A stretch of DNA of 46,887 nt from an uncultured Bacteroidales bacterium (GCA_964407055.1 CAYOUD010000001.1:11838-58724), one strand, 5' to 3'. Shown: positions 29,495 through 39,561, counted from the stretch's first letter. The notes: a model not told the origin generated them from the sequence alone. Numbers and translations: made by a program.

Positions 29495-29776
29495 TTATTT
29501 TACAATCTCACTTAGCTTTTTAAATGAGCCGTCTGCAGTTTTGTACATGTCTTTTTCAATGGATTTAAAAGCAATCTTTTTTTCTTTAGTATCCTGAACT
29601 TTGCGAGTTTCATTGATGCGTGTTATCAAATCTGAATGCTTGTTCATCATATCATGCATCAAATCATCAACTGATTCGCTTTTATCTTCGTTCATCAATT
29701 TTGCAATCATGCAATCTGTCAGTACTTCGTAGGTTAACCATTTCAGGTCTTTTTTCAAATCCCGTATGTTTGCCAT
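29495..29776 (-). CDS. Hypothetical small helical protein
   Basis: 93-aa ORF 6 nt upstream of the ygjP-like gene on the same strand. No family recognised. Confidence 0.4.
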   Translation of the reverse strand: MANIRDLKKDLKWLTYEVLTDCMIAKLMNEDKSESVDDLMHDMMNKHSDLITRINETRKVQDTKEKKIAFKSIEKDMYKTADGSFKKLSEIVK

Positions 29777-29903
29777 AATTTCAAATATTATTTCAAGTTA
29801 TTTTGATTTCAAATTTAATGCTTTTTATTCAGTCAGCAAGTGAAAGTGCGAAATAATTTTGAATTATGAATTGAGAATTATGAGTTTTTAATTATGAATT
29901 ATG

Positions 29904-29940
29904 AATTATGAATTATGAGTTTTTAATTATGAGTTTTGAG
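29904..29940. repeat. Left 37-nt terminal inverted repeat of the four-helix-bundle cassette, embedded in (AATTATG)n-type low-complexity repeats at 29861-29948
   Basis: AATTATGAATTATGAGTTTTTAATTATGAGTTTTGAG. The reverse complement of 30378-30414 matches 35/37. Confidence 0.9.
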
Positions 29941-30279
29941 TTTTGATGTTTTTACAATGCTTGTAAGTAACCTCACTAATTCTGCGCATTTTGCTTTTGT
30001 TTGCGAAAAGTCAATGTTAACAAACCTACTTTCATCAAGTAATTCTAACCAATACAATGTTTCTCTTGCTTCTTTGCTTGAGATTGACATTTTGTGAATG
30101 AAATCAGCTTTACTTTCTGCTGCTATTGCTTCATTTATATTTGCTCCAATACTTGTCCCACTTCTGAGTAATTGTTTTGAAATCACAAACTCTTTGTGTG
30201 ATTGCAATTTTTTATACAATTCAACAATCAATAGAGCGAACTCAAAACTCTTATCTTTTACTATGCTCTTTTTCATCAT
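29923..30279 (-). CDS. Four-helix-bundle protein (23S rRNA intervening-sequence protein family)
   Basis: FEFALLIVELYKKL...ISKQLLRSGTSIGANINEA...F..K..IS.KEARET.YWLELL is the family signature. The last codons (KLKTHN*) are encoded by the flanking repeat. Confidence 0.8.
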   Translation of the reverse strand: MMKKSIVKDKSFEFALLIVELYKKLQSHKEFVISKQLLRSGTSIGANINEAIAAESKADFIHKMSISSKEARETLYWLELLDESRFVNIDFSQTKAKCAELVRLLTSIVKTSKLKTHN

Positions 30280-30377
30280 ATTTAATTTTTAATTATGAGT
30301 TTTTAATTATGAATTTTTAGTTTTTAATTTTTAGTTTTTAGTTGTAAAATAGTTTTTAGCTAACAGAATACTCACAA

Positions 30378-30414
30378 CTCAAAATTCATAATTAAAAATT
30401 CATAATTCATAATT
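30378..30414. repeat. Right 37-nt terminal inverted repeat of the four-helix-bundle cassette; related direct repeats lie at 30283-30345
   Basis: CTCAAAATTCATAATTAAAAATTCATAATTCATAATT. It abuts and overlaps (30413-30414) the stop codon (30413-30415) of the next gene. Confidence 0.9.
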
Positions 30415-32728
30415 ATTTCACAATCAGTTTTTTACTCAAATTGTATTCATTGCTAATGAGTTTTATATGGTAAATTCCTTTGTCAAGATTGCTAAGATTT
30501 AGGGTGTAACTGCTGCCGGAAACTTGTTTTTGCTGCACAAGGCGACTGCTGTTGTCGTAGAGCAATAAGCTTGCATTTTGTGTGGCAGGGAACACAAGTT
30601 CGGTGCTACTGCTTGCCGGGTTGGGATACAGAGCTAAGCTAGCTTGCTGTTGCAGCTCGTAGCTGCTGCAAATTTCTGCAGAAACGATGATGGTATCTGT
30701 CCACTCGCAGTACATGTTTCCTTGGGCGGTGTTAAAAGTTTTGCCCATGCTTATTGTTAATGTATCTGTTTGAACTGTGCTGTATGTTTGGCTATAACTT
30801 TGCCCTGTGCTGCCATCCTGCCAGAGGTATGTTTCGTAGCCGGCGGTGGCGGTAAGTAAAAAGCTGTTGTTCAGGCAGGCAGTGGTATCTGCCGGCAGCC
30901 CGCTGCTGAGTGCAGGCAATGTTTCAAGGCCCAGGTTGATGATTGTATCTCCGCCCGGGTTTTCAATCAGAGCCGTGTAAGTGCCGCTGTTGTTATAGGT
31001 TTGCCCGCCAATTTGCACAGCCTCTCCATGGCATAAAATGGCAGTAGAATCCAAATGCACAGGGCAGTTTTTACCGTAACGTGCTAAAAACATGCTTCTG
31101 TTACTTGTATATAAGCTGGTGTCTCCTTCAAAATCTAAATCTGCATCAAAAATTCCGGTGAACCAGATATTACCTGCAGCATCTACTTTTGTGTCGTTAG
31201 CCCAGACTCCCCAACCATCATCTGTTCTGAGGTTGCGGACAGAGCATAATTCCCCGGCTGTGTTGTAAGTGAGGTGGGAGAAGCCGACAAATACGTCTTT
31301 TGTGCCGTCATGCGTGTAAAGGGTGTCTCCAAAATTCAAGCCATAGCCCCATCGTAAGCCTACGTATAAACTGTCATTGGCATATTCGACATTTCCGAAG
31401 TCATTTCCTGCTTCTGTGTAAGGAGTACTGTGCCATAACACGCTACCATCATCTTTATTTAATGCTAATAAATAACTCGCATCATAGGTTCCTGAACAAT
31501 CATAACATGGTGCTTCAAATATATCACCATTTGGGAAAATTGAATGATAAATATCTACTGACTGATTATTTCTTGCATTTCCTGTGCCGGAAATATATAA
31601 TGCTTCATTATTTTCATCAATATCTATGCTTAAAAATGTAGATTGTCCTCCACTATTTGGGACTCCAGCTACTAATGTGTCTGCAGCAAACCGATACATT
31701 TGCTCTACCCACTGAATGGTGCCGGCACTGTCAATTTTCATGACAAAACCAATGTCTTTGCCGTGCTGTTGAAATTCGATTGTGTGGCCATCGGCAAGGT
31801 AGAGGGTGCCGGGGGGATAGTTTTGTTCGGTGCTGTCAAGTAATACTGCTTTTCCGACATAATACATATTGTCATCAGAATCAGCTGTGATGTCCATAAA
31901 ATTAATTTTTGTACGTGGATTTATGACTGAAGTTGAAATGCTGTCGATTAATGGCTTAAACCATTGAATGCCAAAGTTTGCATTGAATTTGAAAAGTAAG
32001 TAATTATTTTTAATGTCAAAATAAAGCGAATCTGTTATGGGTGTTGTATCTACATAGTATTGATAATTATCCCAAAGATAAAAAACATCATTATAAAGCC
32101 CTAGTAGATAATAATTGTTTGAGTTTGAAATGTAAAATGGTGAATTTACAAGCATATGATTTTCCCAGAACCTAGAAGACTCCATCCCTTTCCACAGGAA
32201 TTTGGTGCATAAATTGTTTCCATCAAGATCAAGCTTTGTGAAATAATTATACCAATTTCCATCAATCCAGGGAAAAGTGTAAGGCCATTCTAATTCAGTG
32301 GCGTATATTAGACTGTCCAAAAAATAGGTATTATACGGTTCCTTAAAACGCACATCGCCCATGATGTAAATGGTATCGTTTTTTATTTGCATCCAGTTTG
32401 ATGAGGCATCAAACTGTTGGCATCTAACAGCCTTGGTCCATTGCAATTCGCCCTGACAATTGAATTTTGCCAAAAAACTTCCTCTGGTGTTGTCTGTTCC
32501 TCCTGCCGTTGGCAAATAGGTTGTGTCAATGCTCATCATTTGCCCGTATGCCCCAAAAATATACACATTGCCTTCGCTGTCCATTTCCATGTGTGATGGT
32601 ACATTGTTAGGATTTGTTGAATTACTTGTCATCCCGCCAAATTTTTCTGCAAAGGTCTAGTGAGGGGTTTGGGCGGAAAGCCCTATGGATATTAGTATGC
32701 TTAATAATAGGATTGTCGTATTTTTCAT
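30413..32728 (-). pseudogene. T9SS-secreted beta-propeller-like surface protein, interrupted by an in-frame TAG after the signal peptide
   Basis: ATG 32726-32728 encodes MKNTTILLLSILISIGLSAQTPH. Next comes TAG (32657-32659), and the same frame continues TFAEKFGG-MTSNSTNPNN... into the 739-aa track ORF. The C-terminus LYPNPASSSTELVF...GIYHIKL is a T9SS sorting domain. Confidence 0.65.
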
Positions 32729-33055
32729 TGTTTTGAGTTTAGAAAGTTTGAAAGCAAGAGTATTCCCTATTGATTAAAAAAGATTTCGGAAAGCAGTCAG
32801 CTTTATAATTAAGTGGGTTCATTGTTCTGTTGTTTATTTAATAGACAAAATGTTGTCTGAAAAAAGCAGCAGGCAGAAAAAAATTGCACTGCCAACTTAT
32901 CCCCTTGCATTAGCTTTACAGCCTTGTTACTGGCTTGTTTTTACAAGTCAATACTATCTGCAACTGTCCGGGGAATCCTCAGATAGTGGCTTTTTTAATG
33001 AGTTTTCGTGGCATAACATAAGGTGCTGTTGATAAATACTTTAGCTTGATGCACC

Positions 33056-33077
33056 CCATTTTTCTATTAACTCAAAT
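33056..33077. repeat. 22-nt intergenic motif CCATTTTTCTATTAACTCAAAT, copy 2
   Basis: Identical to 21382-21403. Confidence 0.9.
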
Positions 33078-33171
33078 TTGGGGTAATGCTTGCCATTATC
33101 TTTGCACATCTTCAAACCATCTAACCTGCATTATTCATCGCAAAATTAAGCGTATTTGCATCAATATACTA

Positions 33172-33193
33172 AGGGGTCTTCTAATAATTCTTT
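33172..33193. repeat. 22-nt motif, inverted copy 2 (AGGGGTCTTCTAATAATTCTTT)
   Basis: The reverse complement matches 21490-21511 at 21/22 positions. Confidence 0.85.
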
Positions 33194-33332
33194 TCTTTCA
33201 AAAAAATCATTGAATTATGATTTGTTGATTTTTAGAGAAATATCGTGCGAGCATATTTTTGTTGAAAATGTTAGTCACTAGTGTTTTTTCGCACATCCGT
33301 AAAAATACCGAATGCATTGAATGTTTTTTTTG

Positions 33333-33340
33333 TATATTTG
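33333..33340 (+). promoter_or_regulatory. Candidate -7 box (TATATTTG) for the porV-like / porU-like operon
   Basis: Matches TAnnTTTG, 60 nt upstream of ATG 33401. Confidence 0.3.
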
Positions 33341-33400
33341 ATTAATTAAAAACAACGAATGTCGGATTTGTTTGTTTAAGCTTAGACGATACTGATATCA

Positions 33401-34513
33401 ATGAAATCGAAAATAATTATACTCACTGCTTTTTTGCTTACCGGCTTGTCTGCATTCGGACAAACAGCGCCGAAATATTCCAATGAATTTTTAAATATTG
33501 GTGTCGGAGCGAGGGCGTTGAGCATGTCGGGGGCGGTTGGGGCAAGTTCTGGTGACATTACCGGTATTTATTGGAACCCTGCATCATTGACACTTTTGGA
33601 TAATGATATGGAGCTGGGATTAATGCATGCTGAATATTTTGCAGGTGTCGCATCATATGATTTTGGTGGTATTGCCTATCGAATGGATGACAAAAATGTC
33701 ATTGGAGGCGGATTTGTCCGCTTTGGAGTGGACGATATTCCAAATACTTTGGATTTAATTGACAGCGACGGAAATATTCGATACGACCGATTGTCTTCTT
33801 TTTCAGCATCAGACATTGCCGTATTTTTGTCTTATGCCCGCCAATTGGAAAACGAAAATTTGAGTGTCGGTGGAAATGTGAAACTGATTCGGCGTAAAGC
33901 CGGTGATTTTGGCGGTTCCTGGGGCTTTGGATTTGATCTTTCTGGGCGATATCAGCAAGAAAACTGGATATTTGCCCTCACAGCTCGTGATGTAACTTCT
34001 ACCTTTAATGCCTGGACGTTCAATACGGATTTATTGCGTGAAACCTGGTCGCAAACAGGAAATGAATTGCCTGAAAATTCTATGGAAATAACACTTCCGA
34101 GTTTAACATTAGCTGTTGCAAATCAATTTACCATTTACGAGAAATTTACCGGATTGACTGCCTTGGATTTATTTACCACTTATGATGGTAAACGAAATAC
34201 CTTGATAAAAACAAATTTCATCAGTATTGAGCCTCGTGCCGGCATAGAGTTTGGCTATGATTCTAAAGTGTTTTTGCGTGCCGGAGTTGGAAATGTTCAG
34301 GAAATACCTTTAAGTGATGGTGATCGTGAGTATCGTGTGCAAATGAATCTTGGTGCAGGAATCCAATTTCGGGGACTAAGCATTGATTATGCCTTGTCAA
34401 ATTTAGGAAGCGATGAGAATTTTTACTCGCACGTTTTTAGTTTGCGATATCGTTTTAGTACAAAACAATCGGTTGAAAAACCAAACACAAATAGTCGTTT
34501 AGAAATCAAATAA
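33401..34513 (+). CDS. PorV/PorQ-family outer-membrane beta-barrel (PorV2-like partner of the adjacent C25 peptidase)
   Basis: Signal peptide, then EFLNIGVGARALSMSGAVGA...YWNPASL, the N-terminal motif pattern of PorV/PorQ-type barrels. The C-terminal region has beta-strand character ending ...FSLRYRF. It sits 10 nt upstream of the C25 gene. Confidence 0.6.
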   Translation: MKSKIIILTAFLLTGLSAFGQTAPKYSNEFLNIGVGARALSMSGAVGASSGDITGIYWNPASLTLLDNDMELGLMHAEYFAGVASYDFGGIAYRMDDKNVIGGGFVRFGVDDIPNTLDLIDSDGNIRYDRLSSFSASDIAVFLSYARQLENENLSVGGNVKLIRRKAGDFGGSWGFGFDLSGRYQQENWIFALTARDVTSTFNAWTFNTDLLRETWSQTGNELPENSMEITLPSLTLAVANQFTIYEKFTGLTALDLFTTYDGKRNTLIKTNFISIEPRAGIEFGYDSKVFLRAGVGNVQEIPLSDGDREYRVQMNLGAGIQFRGLSIDYALSNLGSDENFYSHVFSLRYRFSTKQSVEKPNTNSRLEIK

Positions 34514-34523
34514 GTTAAAAAAC

Positions 34524-37500
34524 ATGAAGTATTTTTTACATATCGCCTTTTTTTTGATGATGATTATATCCCTTAACTCCAGTGCGCAAAATGTTGGAAA
34601 TGAGTGGATTGATTATGATCAGGAATATTATCGTGTGCCGGTAACCGAAGATGGAATTCATCGCATACCATATCAAGTATTAGTAAATCGAGGTTTTCCG
34701 GCAAACGAAATTGACCCACGCCGAATTCAAATTTTTTATGAAGGTGAAGAGCAATACATTTATATTAAGGGAGAAGGAAGTAACGGGATTTTTGACCCTT
34801 CAGGATATATTGAGTTTTACGGACAGCGAAATCGTGGATATCGGGACACTGTCCTTTGGGATTCGCCGGAAAATTGTATAAATCCTGATTATAGCCTTTT
34901 TACGGATACCGCAATTTATTATTTGTCCTACAACAATTCTACAAATAATCATCGGATTGCAAATATTATCGACAATAATTTTGATGATTACACAGGAAAT
35001 TTGGCAACTTATTGTATAAAACATGTGCGACAAAACTATGTCGGAACATATTATGGCGCTTCTACACAATGCGTTTATACAGAAGGAGAATCTTATTTGG
35101 ATGCCTCGATACAAGAAGGAAGCCCCCGTACAAAGTCTATTTCAACAGCTTCTGCAAGTTCGGCTGGGCCGGATGCTGTAATAGAAATGGCTGTTGCCGG
35201 AACGCCAAATGAAGATTTTATATCCCCTGTACCTCATCATTTAAAAGTTGATTTTCTGGGAGCTACGCGGGTTGATGAAATATATTATGGTTACGAGTTT
35301 GTCCGCAAGCAGGTGGAAATTTCTGCATCTCAAATTCCGGAGCAAATCAGTTTTGTGTTTTCATCCAATGATGTGCAGTCTCCCAGTGTAAATGATTACA
35401 ATCGTTTGGCTTATATTGACATAAATTATGCGCATAATTTTGATTTTGAGGGAGCAGATCAATTTGAATTTTATCTCCCGTCGGGAAGCGGTGCAAAAGA
35501 CTATCTTGAAATCACGAATTTTAATACAGGCAGTTCCGTGTTTTTATTTGATATCGACCAACATGAGCGAATTCTTGCTGTTAATGATGGCGATATGTAT
35601 AAAGTGCTTGCCAACAATAATAGTACAACCCGCCGTATGATTCTAACAAATCAGGATGGGCTGATTCTTGTGGATTCTTTGGCTTCGGTATCACAAAACG
35701 GAAAATTCACTGATTATTTGACTGAAAATCCCAATCCGCAATATTTAATTATCACTCACCCAAAACTCATGTCGGCTGCTCAGGATTATCAGGCATACCG
35801 AAACAGTACCGGACACAATGCTGTAATTTTTAATGTTGAGGAATTGTATGATCAATATGTTTACGGCGTGAAAAAACATCCGTATGCAATGAGAAATTTG
35901 GTTCAGGATATTATCAACCGAACTGCTCGCCAACCCGATTTCTTGTTCTTGTTGGGGAAAGGAATCAGAACTGCTACGGCACGAAATAATGCTGATTATT
36001 TTAATAATAATTTAGTGCCAAGTTTTGGAAATCCACCGAGCGACGTCTTGATTACTGCCGGCATGGAGGATACGAATTTTGAACCTTTAATAGCAACTGG
36101 TCGTTTGGCGGCAAAAACTAATCAGGAAGTCTTAAATTATCTCGATAAAGTGATGGCATATGAGAGCAACCCGGTGGATGAGTGGATGAAACAAATTATG
36201 CATTTCGGTGGCGGAGCAAATGCAAATGAACAGGAAACTTTTGCATCCTATCTGGAAGATTATGAGGAAATTATTGAGGACACATTGTTTGGCGGATATG
36301 TTCATACTTTTTTGAAAAACAGTTCAGCTCCCATACAAATATCGACTTCAGATTCTGTTCGGAATATAATCAATACCGGAACGAGTATGATGTGTTTTTT
36401 CGGGCATGGATCAACCAGCGGATTTGATCAAAATATTGATTTTCCGGAAAATTATAGCAATCAGGACAGATATCCGTTTATGCTGGCAAATTCTTGCTTG
36501 GCAGGAAATATTCATTTGCAATACAGTGAAAGTAGCAGTGAAGATTGGGTGCTTATTCCAAATCGGGGAGCAATTGGGTTTCTTGCTTCAGTTGGGCGAG
36601 GATTACCCTCATATTTGAATGTGTTTTCAAGAAATCTGTATCGGCAAATCGCTTATGAAAATTACGGAACTCCAATTTCATATCAGCAACAACAGGGAAT
36701 AAAAAATGCACAACAAGGCAGTTTGACGGATATCCGTTTAAAAGTAACTTGTCATGAGATGACATTACATGCTGATCCGGCGATACGAATAAATTTTGCC
36801 GAACTCCCTGATTTGAAAATTACAAACGGCGATTTACGTTTTTCTCCCGAGGAAGTAAGTACCGTTCAGGATAGTTTTCAGGTTTTTGTTGCAGTACGAA
36901 ATGTTGGCAGGGCGTTTCAGGATAGTTTTTTAATTCATGTTGAGCGTCGTTTCCCGGATAATAGCACGAAAACTTTAGACATTACAAGGGAAGGAAGTTT
37001 ATATCTTGATACCATCATGTTTAAACTTCCGGTAAATAGTGAAAAAGGACCCGGTTTAAACCAACTTGTTGTTCGATTGGATTATTACGATGAAATTGAG
37101 GAATTGAGTGAGCTAAATAATAATCTGACGCTGAATTTCTTAATTAGCTCCAGCAATTTATTCCCGATTTATCCATACGAATATGCAATTTATCCGAATG
37201 CCTTGGTGACATTAAAAGCATCTACCGGTATACCTTTCGCCCCGGAAATGCAGTATTTATTCCAAATTGACACAACCGATTTATTTAATTCCAATCTTGG
37301 GGCGCCGCTTTATTCAGGGGATGTTGCTTCCCCCGGAGGCGTTGTTGAATGGTCTGTTCCCATAAGTCTCCTAGCGGATCAGGTTTATTATTGGCGAGTT
37401 GCAGCATCACACCCAAATCCTGATTCTGTCCGATGGAATGAATCTTCGTTTATTTACATTCCAGGAGAAGAAGGTTGGTCGCAAGCGCATTTTTTTCAAT

Positions 37501-39530
37501 TTAAGAAAGACAAGTTCAATTTCATGAATTACAACAGAGATACTCGTGATTTTTCTTTTGTTGAAGCTGCCAGACAAATTCAAGTACATAATCAGGGAAT
37601 ATTATGGACTCAAACGTATAGTGATGTTTTCTGGAGCATCGATGGCGCAATTGGAAGTGGACTTGGTGATGTCGGCTGTTGCGGACCATCACCTGCCATG
37701 ATTGTTGCTGTAGTTGATCCGGTTGAACTTCGTGGATGGATGTCAGATTATCAGGATTTTGGGCACAGAAATTATCCGAAATGTTTTTCACAGGGTGGCC
37801 CAGGCTCTTTTTTCGTGTTTAGTACCGGTTCGGCTGATGATTTTAACGAAGAAGCAATGTTAGCCATGAATGACATGCTTGTAAATTATGTTCCAGATGG
37901 ACATTATATTGTGGCATATTCCTGGGCTGACGGTTATTTTGAAAGCTGGAGTGAAACGCTTTTAACAACATTTGAAAGTTTGGGCTCTACTCAGATTCGC
38001 ACGATTCCAAATGATATGCCGTATATCTTTTTCTGTCAGAAAGGTGATCCTGATTCTGCGGAAGAGGAGGTTGGAGATAATCCGAGTGCTGAGATTGATT
38101 TTTATGTTGATCTTACTACGCCGTTTAATTATGGAACGGTGTTAAGCACTGTGATTGGCCCCTCAAATCATTGGAGCTCGTTGCATTGGTACCAAGAGAG
38201 TATGGATGACCCGGATTTTGATATCAGTCAACTGGAGATTCTTAAATTCGACCCTGTGACATTTGAGGAAACTCCCATTGATACTGTGTATCCACCAAAT
38301 TATGAAATTTATCAACTAAATAATGAGATTCCGGCATCTGAAAATCCATTTTTGAAATTGAAATTTCGCACCCGTGATGATTCTGTCAAAACTCCCGGGC
38401 AACTTGACAAGTGGCAGATACGCTACACAGGTATCCCAGAAACGGCAATCAATCCACAAGCAGGTTTTTATTACAGTGGCGATACCGTAATGCAAGGTGT
38501 GGATTTTGAATTTGCATTGGCAACAGAGAATATTAGCCCTTATGATATGGATTCTCTGCTTGTGAAATATTGGCTGCAAAGTTCAAATAACGAGATGATT
38601 GATTTGGGGACAAAACGATTAAGTCCGCATCCGGCAGGGGATGTTATTATGGATACTTTACAATTTAATACCATCGATTTAAGTGGACTAAACTCTATAT
38701 GGATTGAATATAACCCAAGCGTAGCCGGTGGGAATTATGATCAACCGGAGCAGTATCATTTTAATAACATTGCGCAGTTTTATTTTTATGTTCAAAGCGA
38801 TGATAAAAATCCAATATTAGATGTTTCTTTTGATGGAGTAAGAATCCTAGACGGAGACATTGTATCGGCGAAACCTGAAATATTAATCAGCTTAAATGAT
38901 GAAAATCCCTATTTGGCACTGAATGATACTGCCTTGTTTAGAGTTTATCTTACCGACATAAACGGCGGGACAGAACATCGGATATTTTTCCGTGATAGTT
39001 TTGGCAATGAACAGTTGGAGTGGACTCCCGGTGTTTTACCTGAAAATAAATTCCGCATTGTATATCGCCCCGAATTTGATGCGGATGGCATTTATCAGTT
39101 GAGGGTACAGGCAACCGATATGTCAGGAAATGAATCCGGCGATTTTGACTTTACCATAAGTTTTGAAGTGATTACAAAGTCGAGCATTACTCACATTCTC
39201 AACTATCCCAATCCGTTCTCAACGTCAACCCGATTTGTTTTTGAACTGACCGGTTCGGTTATCCCGGATGAAATTCGCATTGAAATTTATACCGTTACCG
39301 GAAAGCTTGTTAAAGTGATTGATCAATATGAGCTGGGCCCGGTAAATATTGGTCGGAATATTTCAGAATATGCGTGGGATGGTACTGATATGTATGGCGA
39401 CCGCTTAGGAAATGGCGTGTATTTTTATCGTGTAAAAACTAAAATTCAGGGTGAGGATATTGAACGTCGTTCCAATGAATCGGATGCGTTTTTTAAACAA
39501 GAAATTGGCAAAATGTACCTCATGCGATAG
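34524..39530 (+). CDS. C25 (gingipain-type) cysteine peptidase, PorU-like T9SS sortase paralogue (PorU2-like), 1668 aa
   Basis: The PorU-like N-terminus reads WIDYDQEYYRVPVTEDGIHRIPYQVL. Catalytic His context is MCFFGHGSTSGF and Cys context is FMLANSCLAGN. The C-terminus has an Ig/CTD-like domain (ILNYPNPFSTSTRFVFEL...GVYFYRVK). The gene stops at TAG 39528-39530, inside the left 71-nt repeat. Confidence 0.7.
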   Translation: MKYFLHIAFFLMMIISLNSSAQNVGNEWIDYDQEYYRVPVTEDGIHRIPYQVLVNRGFPANEIDPRRIQIFYEGEEQYIYIKGEGSNGIFDPSGYIEFYGQRNRGYRDTVLWDSPENCINPDYSLFTDTAIYYLSYNNSTNNHRIANIIDNNFDDYTGNLATYCIKHVRQNYVGTYYGASTQCVYTEGESYLDASIQEGSPRTKSISTASASSAGPDAVIEMAVAGTPNEDFISPVPHHLKVDFLGATRVDEIYYGYEFVRKQVEISASQIPEQISFVFSSNDVQSPSVNDYNRLAYIDINYAHNFDFEGADQFEFYLPSGSGAKDYLEITNFNTGSSVFLFDIDQHERILAVNDGDMYKVLANNNSTTRRMILTNQDGLILVDSLASVSQNGKFTDYLTENPNPQYLIITHPKLMSAAQDYQAYRNSTGHNAVIFNVEELYDQYVYGVKKHPYAMRNLVQDIINRTARQPDFLFLLGKGIRTATARNNADYFNNNLVPSFGNPPSDVLITAGMEDTNFEPLIATGRLAAKTNQEVLNYLDKVMAYESNPVDEWMKQIMHFGGGANANEQETFASYLEDYEEIIEDTLFGGYVHTFLKNSSAPIQISTSDSVRNIINTGTSMMCFFGHGSTSGFDQNIDFPENYSNQDRYPFMLANSCLAGNIHLQYSESSSEDWVLIPNRGAIGFLASVGRGLPSYLNVFSRNLYRQIAYENYGTPISYQQQQGIKNAQQGSLTDIRLKVTCHEMTLHADPAIRINFAELPDLKITNGDLRFSPEEVSTVQDSFQVFVAVRNVGRAFQDSFLIHVERRFPDNSTKTLDITREGSLYLDTIMFKLPVNSEKGPGLNQLVVRLDYYDEIEELSELNNNLTLNFLISSSNLFPIYPYEYAIYPNALVTLKASTGIPFAPEMQYLFQIDTTDLFNSNLGAPLYSGDVASPGGVVEWSVPISLLADQVYYWRVAASHPNPDSVRWNESSFIYIPGEEGWSQAHFFQFKKDKFNFMNYNRDTRDFSFVEAARQIQVHNQGILWTQTYSDVFWSIDGAIGSGLGDVGCCGPSPAMIVAVVDPVELRGWMSDYQDFGHRNYPKCFSQGGPGSFFVFSTGSADDFNEEAMLAMNDMLVNYVPDGHYIVAYSWADGYFESWSETLLTTFESLGSTQIRTIPNDMPYIFFCQKGDPDSAEEEVGDNPSAEIDFYVDLTTPFNYGTVLSTVIGPSNHWSSLHWYQESMDDPDFDISQLEILKFDPVTFEETPIDTVYPPNYEIYQLNNEIPASENPFLKLKFRTRDDSVKTPGQLDKWQIRYTGIPETAINPQAGFYYSGDTVMQGVDFEFALATENISPYDMDSLLVKYWLQSSNNEMIDLGTKRLSPHPAGDVIMDTLQFNTIDLSGLNSIWIEYNPSVAGGNYDQPEQYHFNNIAQFYFYVQSDDKNPILDVSFDGVRILDGDIVSAKPEILISLNDENPYLALNDTALFRVYLTDINGGTEHRIFFRDSFGNEQLEWTPGVLPENKFRIVYRPEFDADGIYQLRVQATDMSGNESGDFDFTISFEVITKSSITHILNYPNPFSTSTRFVFELTGSVIPDEIRIEIYTVTGKLVKVIDQYELGPVNIGRNISEYAWDGTDMYGDRLGNGVYFYRVKTKIQGEDIERRSNESDAFFKQEIGKMYLMR

Positions 39531-39561
39531 GTTTACCACTGTACTCCCATCGTTTGATTTA
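39491..39561. repeat. Left copy of the perfect 71-nt direct repeat flanking the R-M island
   Basis: TTTTAAACAAGAAATTGGCAAAATGTACCTCATGCGATAGGTTTACCACTGTACTCCCATCGTTTGATTTA is identical to 42782-42852. The bases flanking each copy differ on both sides. Confidence 0.97.

Noticed and set aside
29861-30416. Short tandem AATTATG/TTTTTAG repeats as a possible CRISPR array
   Set aside because: The units are 7-9 nt with no unique spacers and no cas genes. It is low-complexity repeat DNA flanking the four-helix-bundle gene.
32657-32659. TAG reassignment or recoding as the explanation for the in-frame stop
   Set aside because: TAG terminates the well-supported porU-like gene at 39528-39530, so it functions as a stop in this genome. 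A nonsense mutation or sequencing error is more parsimonious.
32850-33032. 60-aa plus-strand ORF in the long intergenic region
   Set aside because: Low-complexity sequence with no ribosome-binding or promoter context and no family resemblance. Likely spurious.
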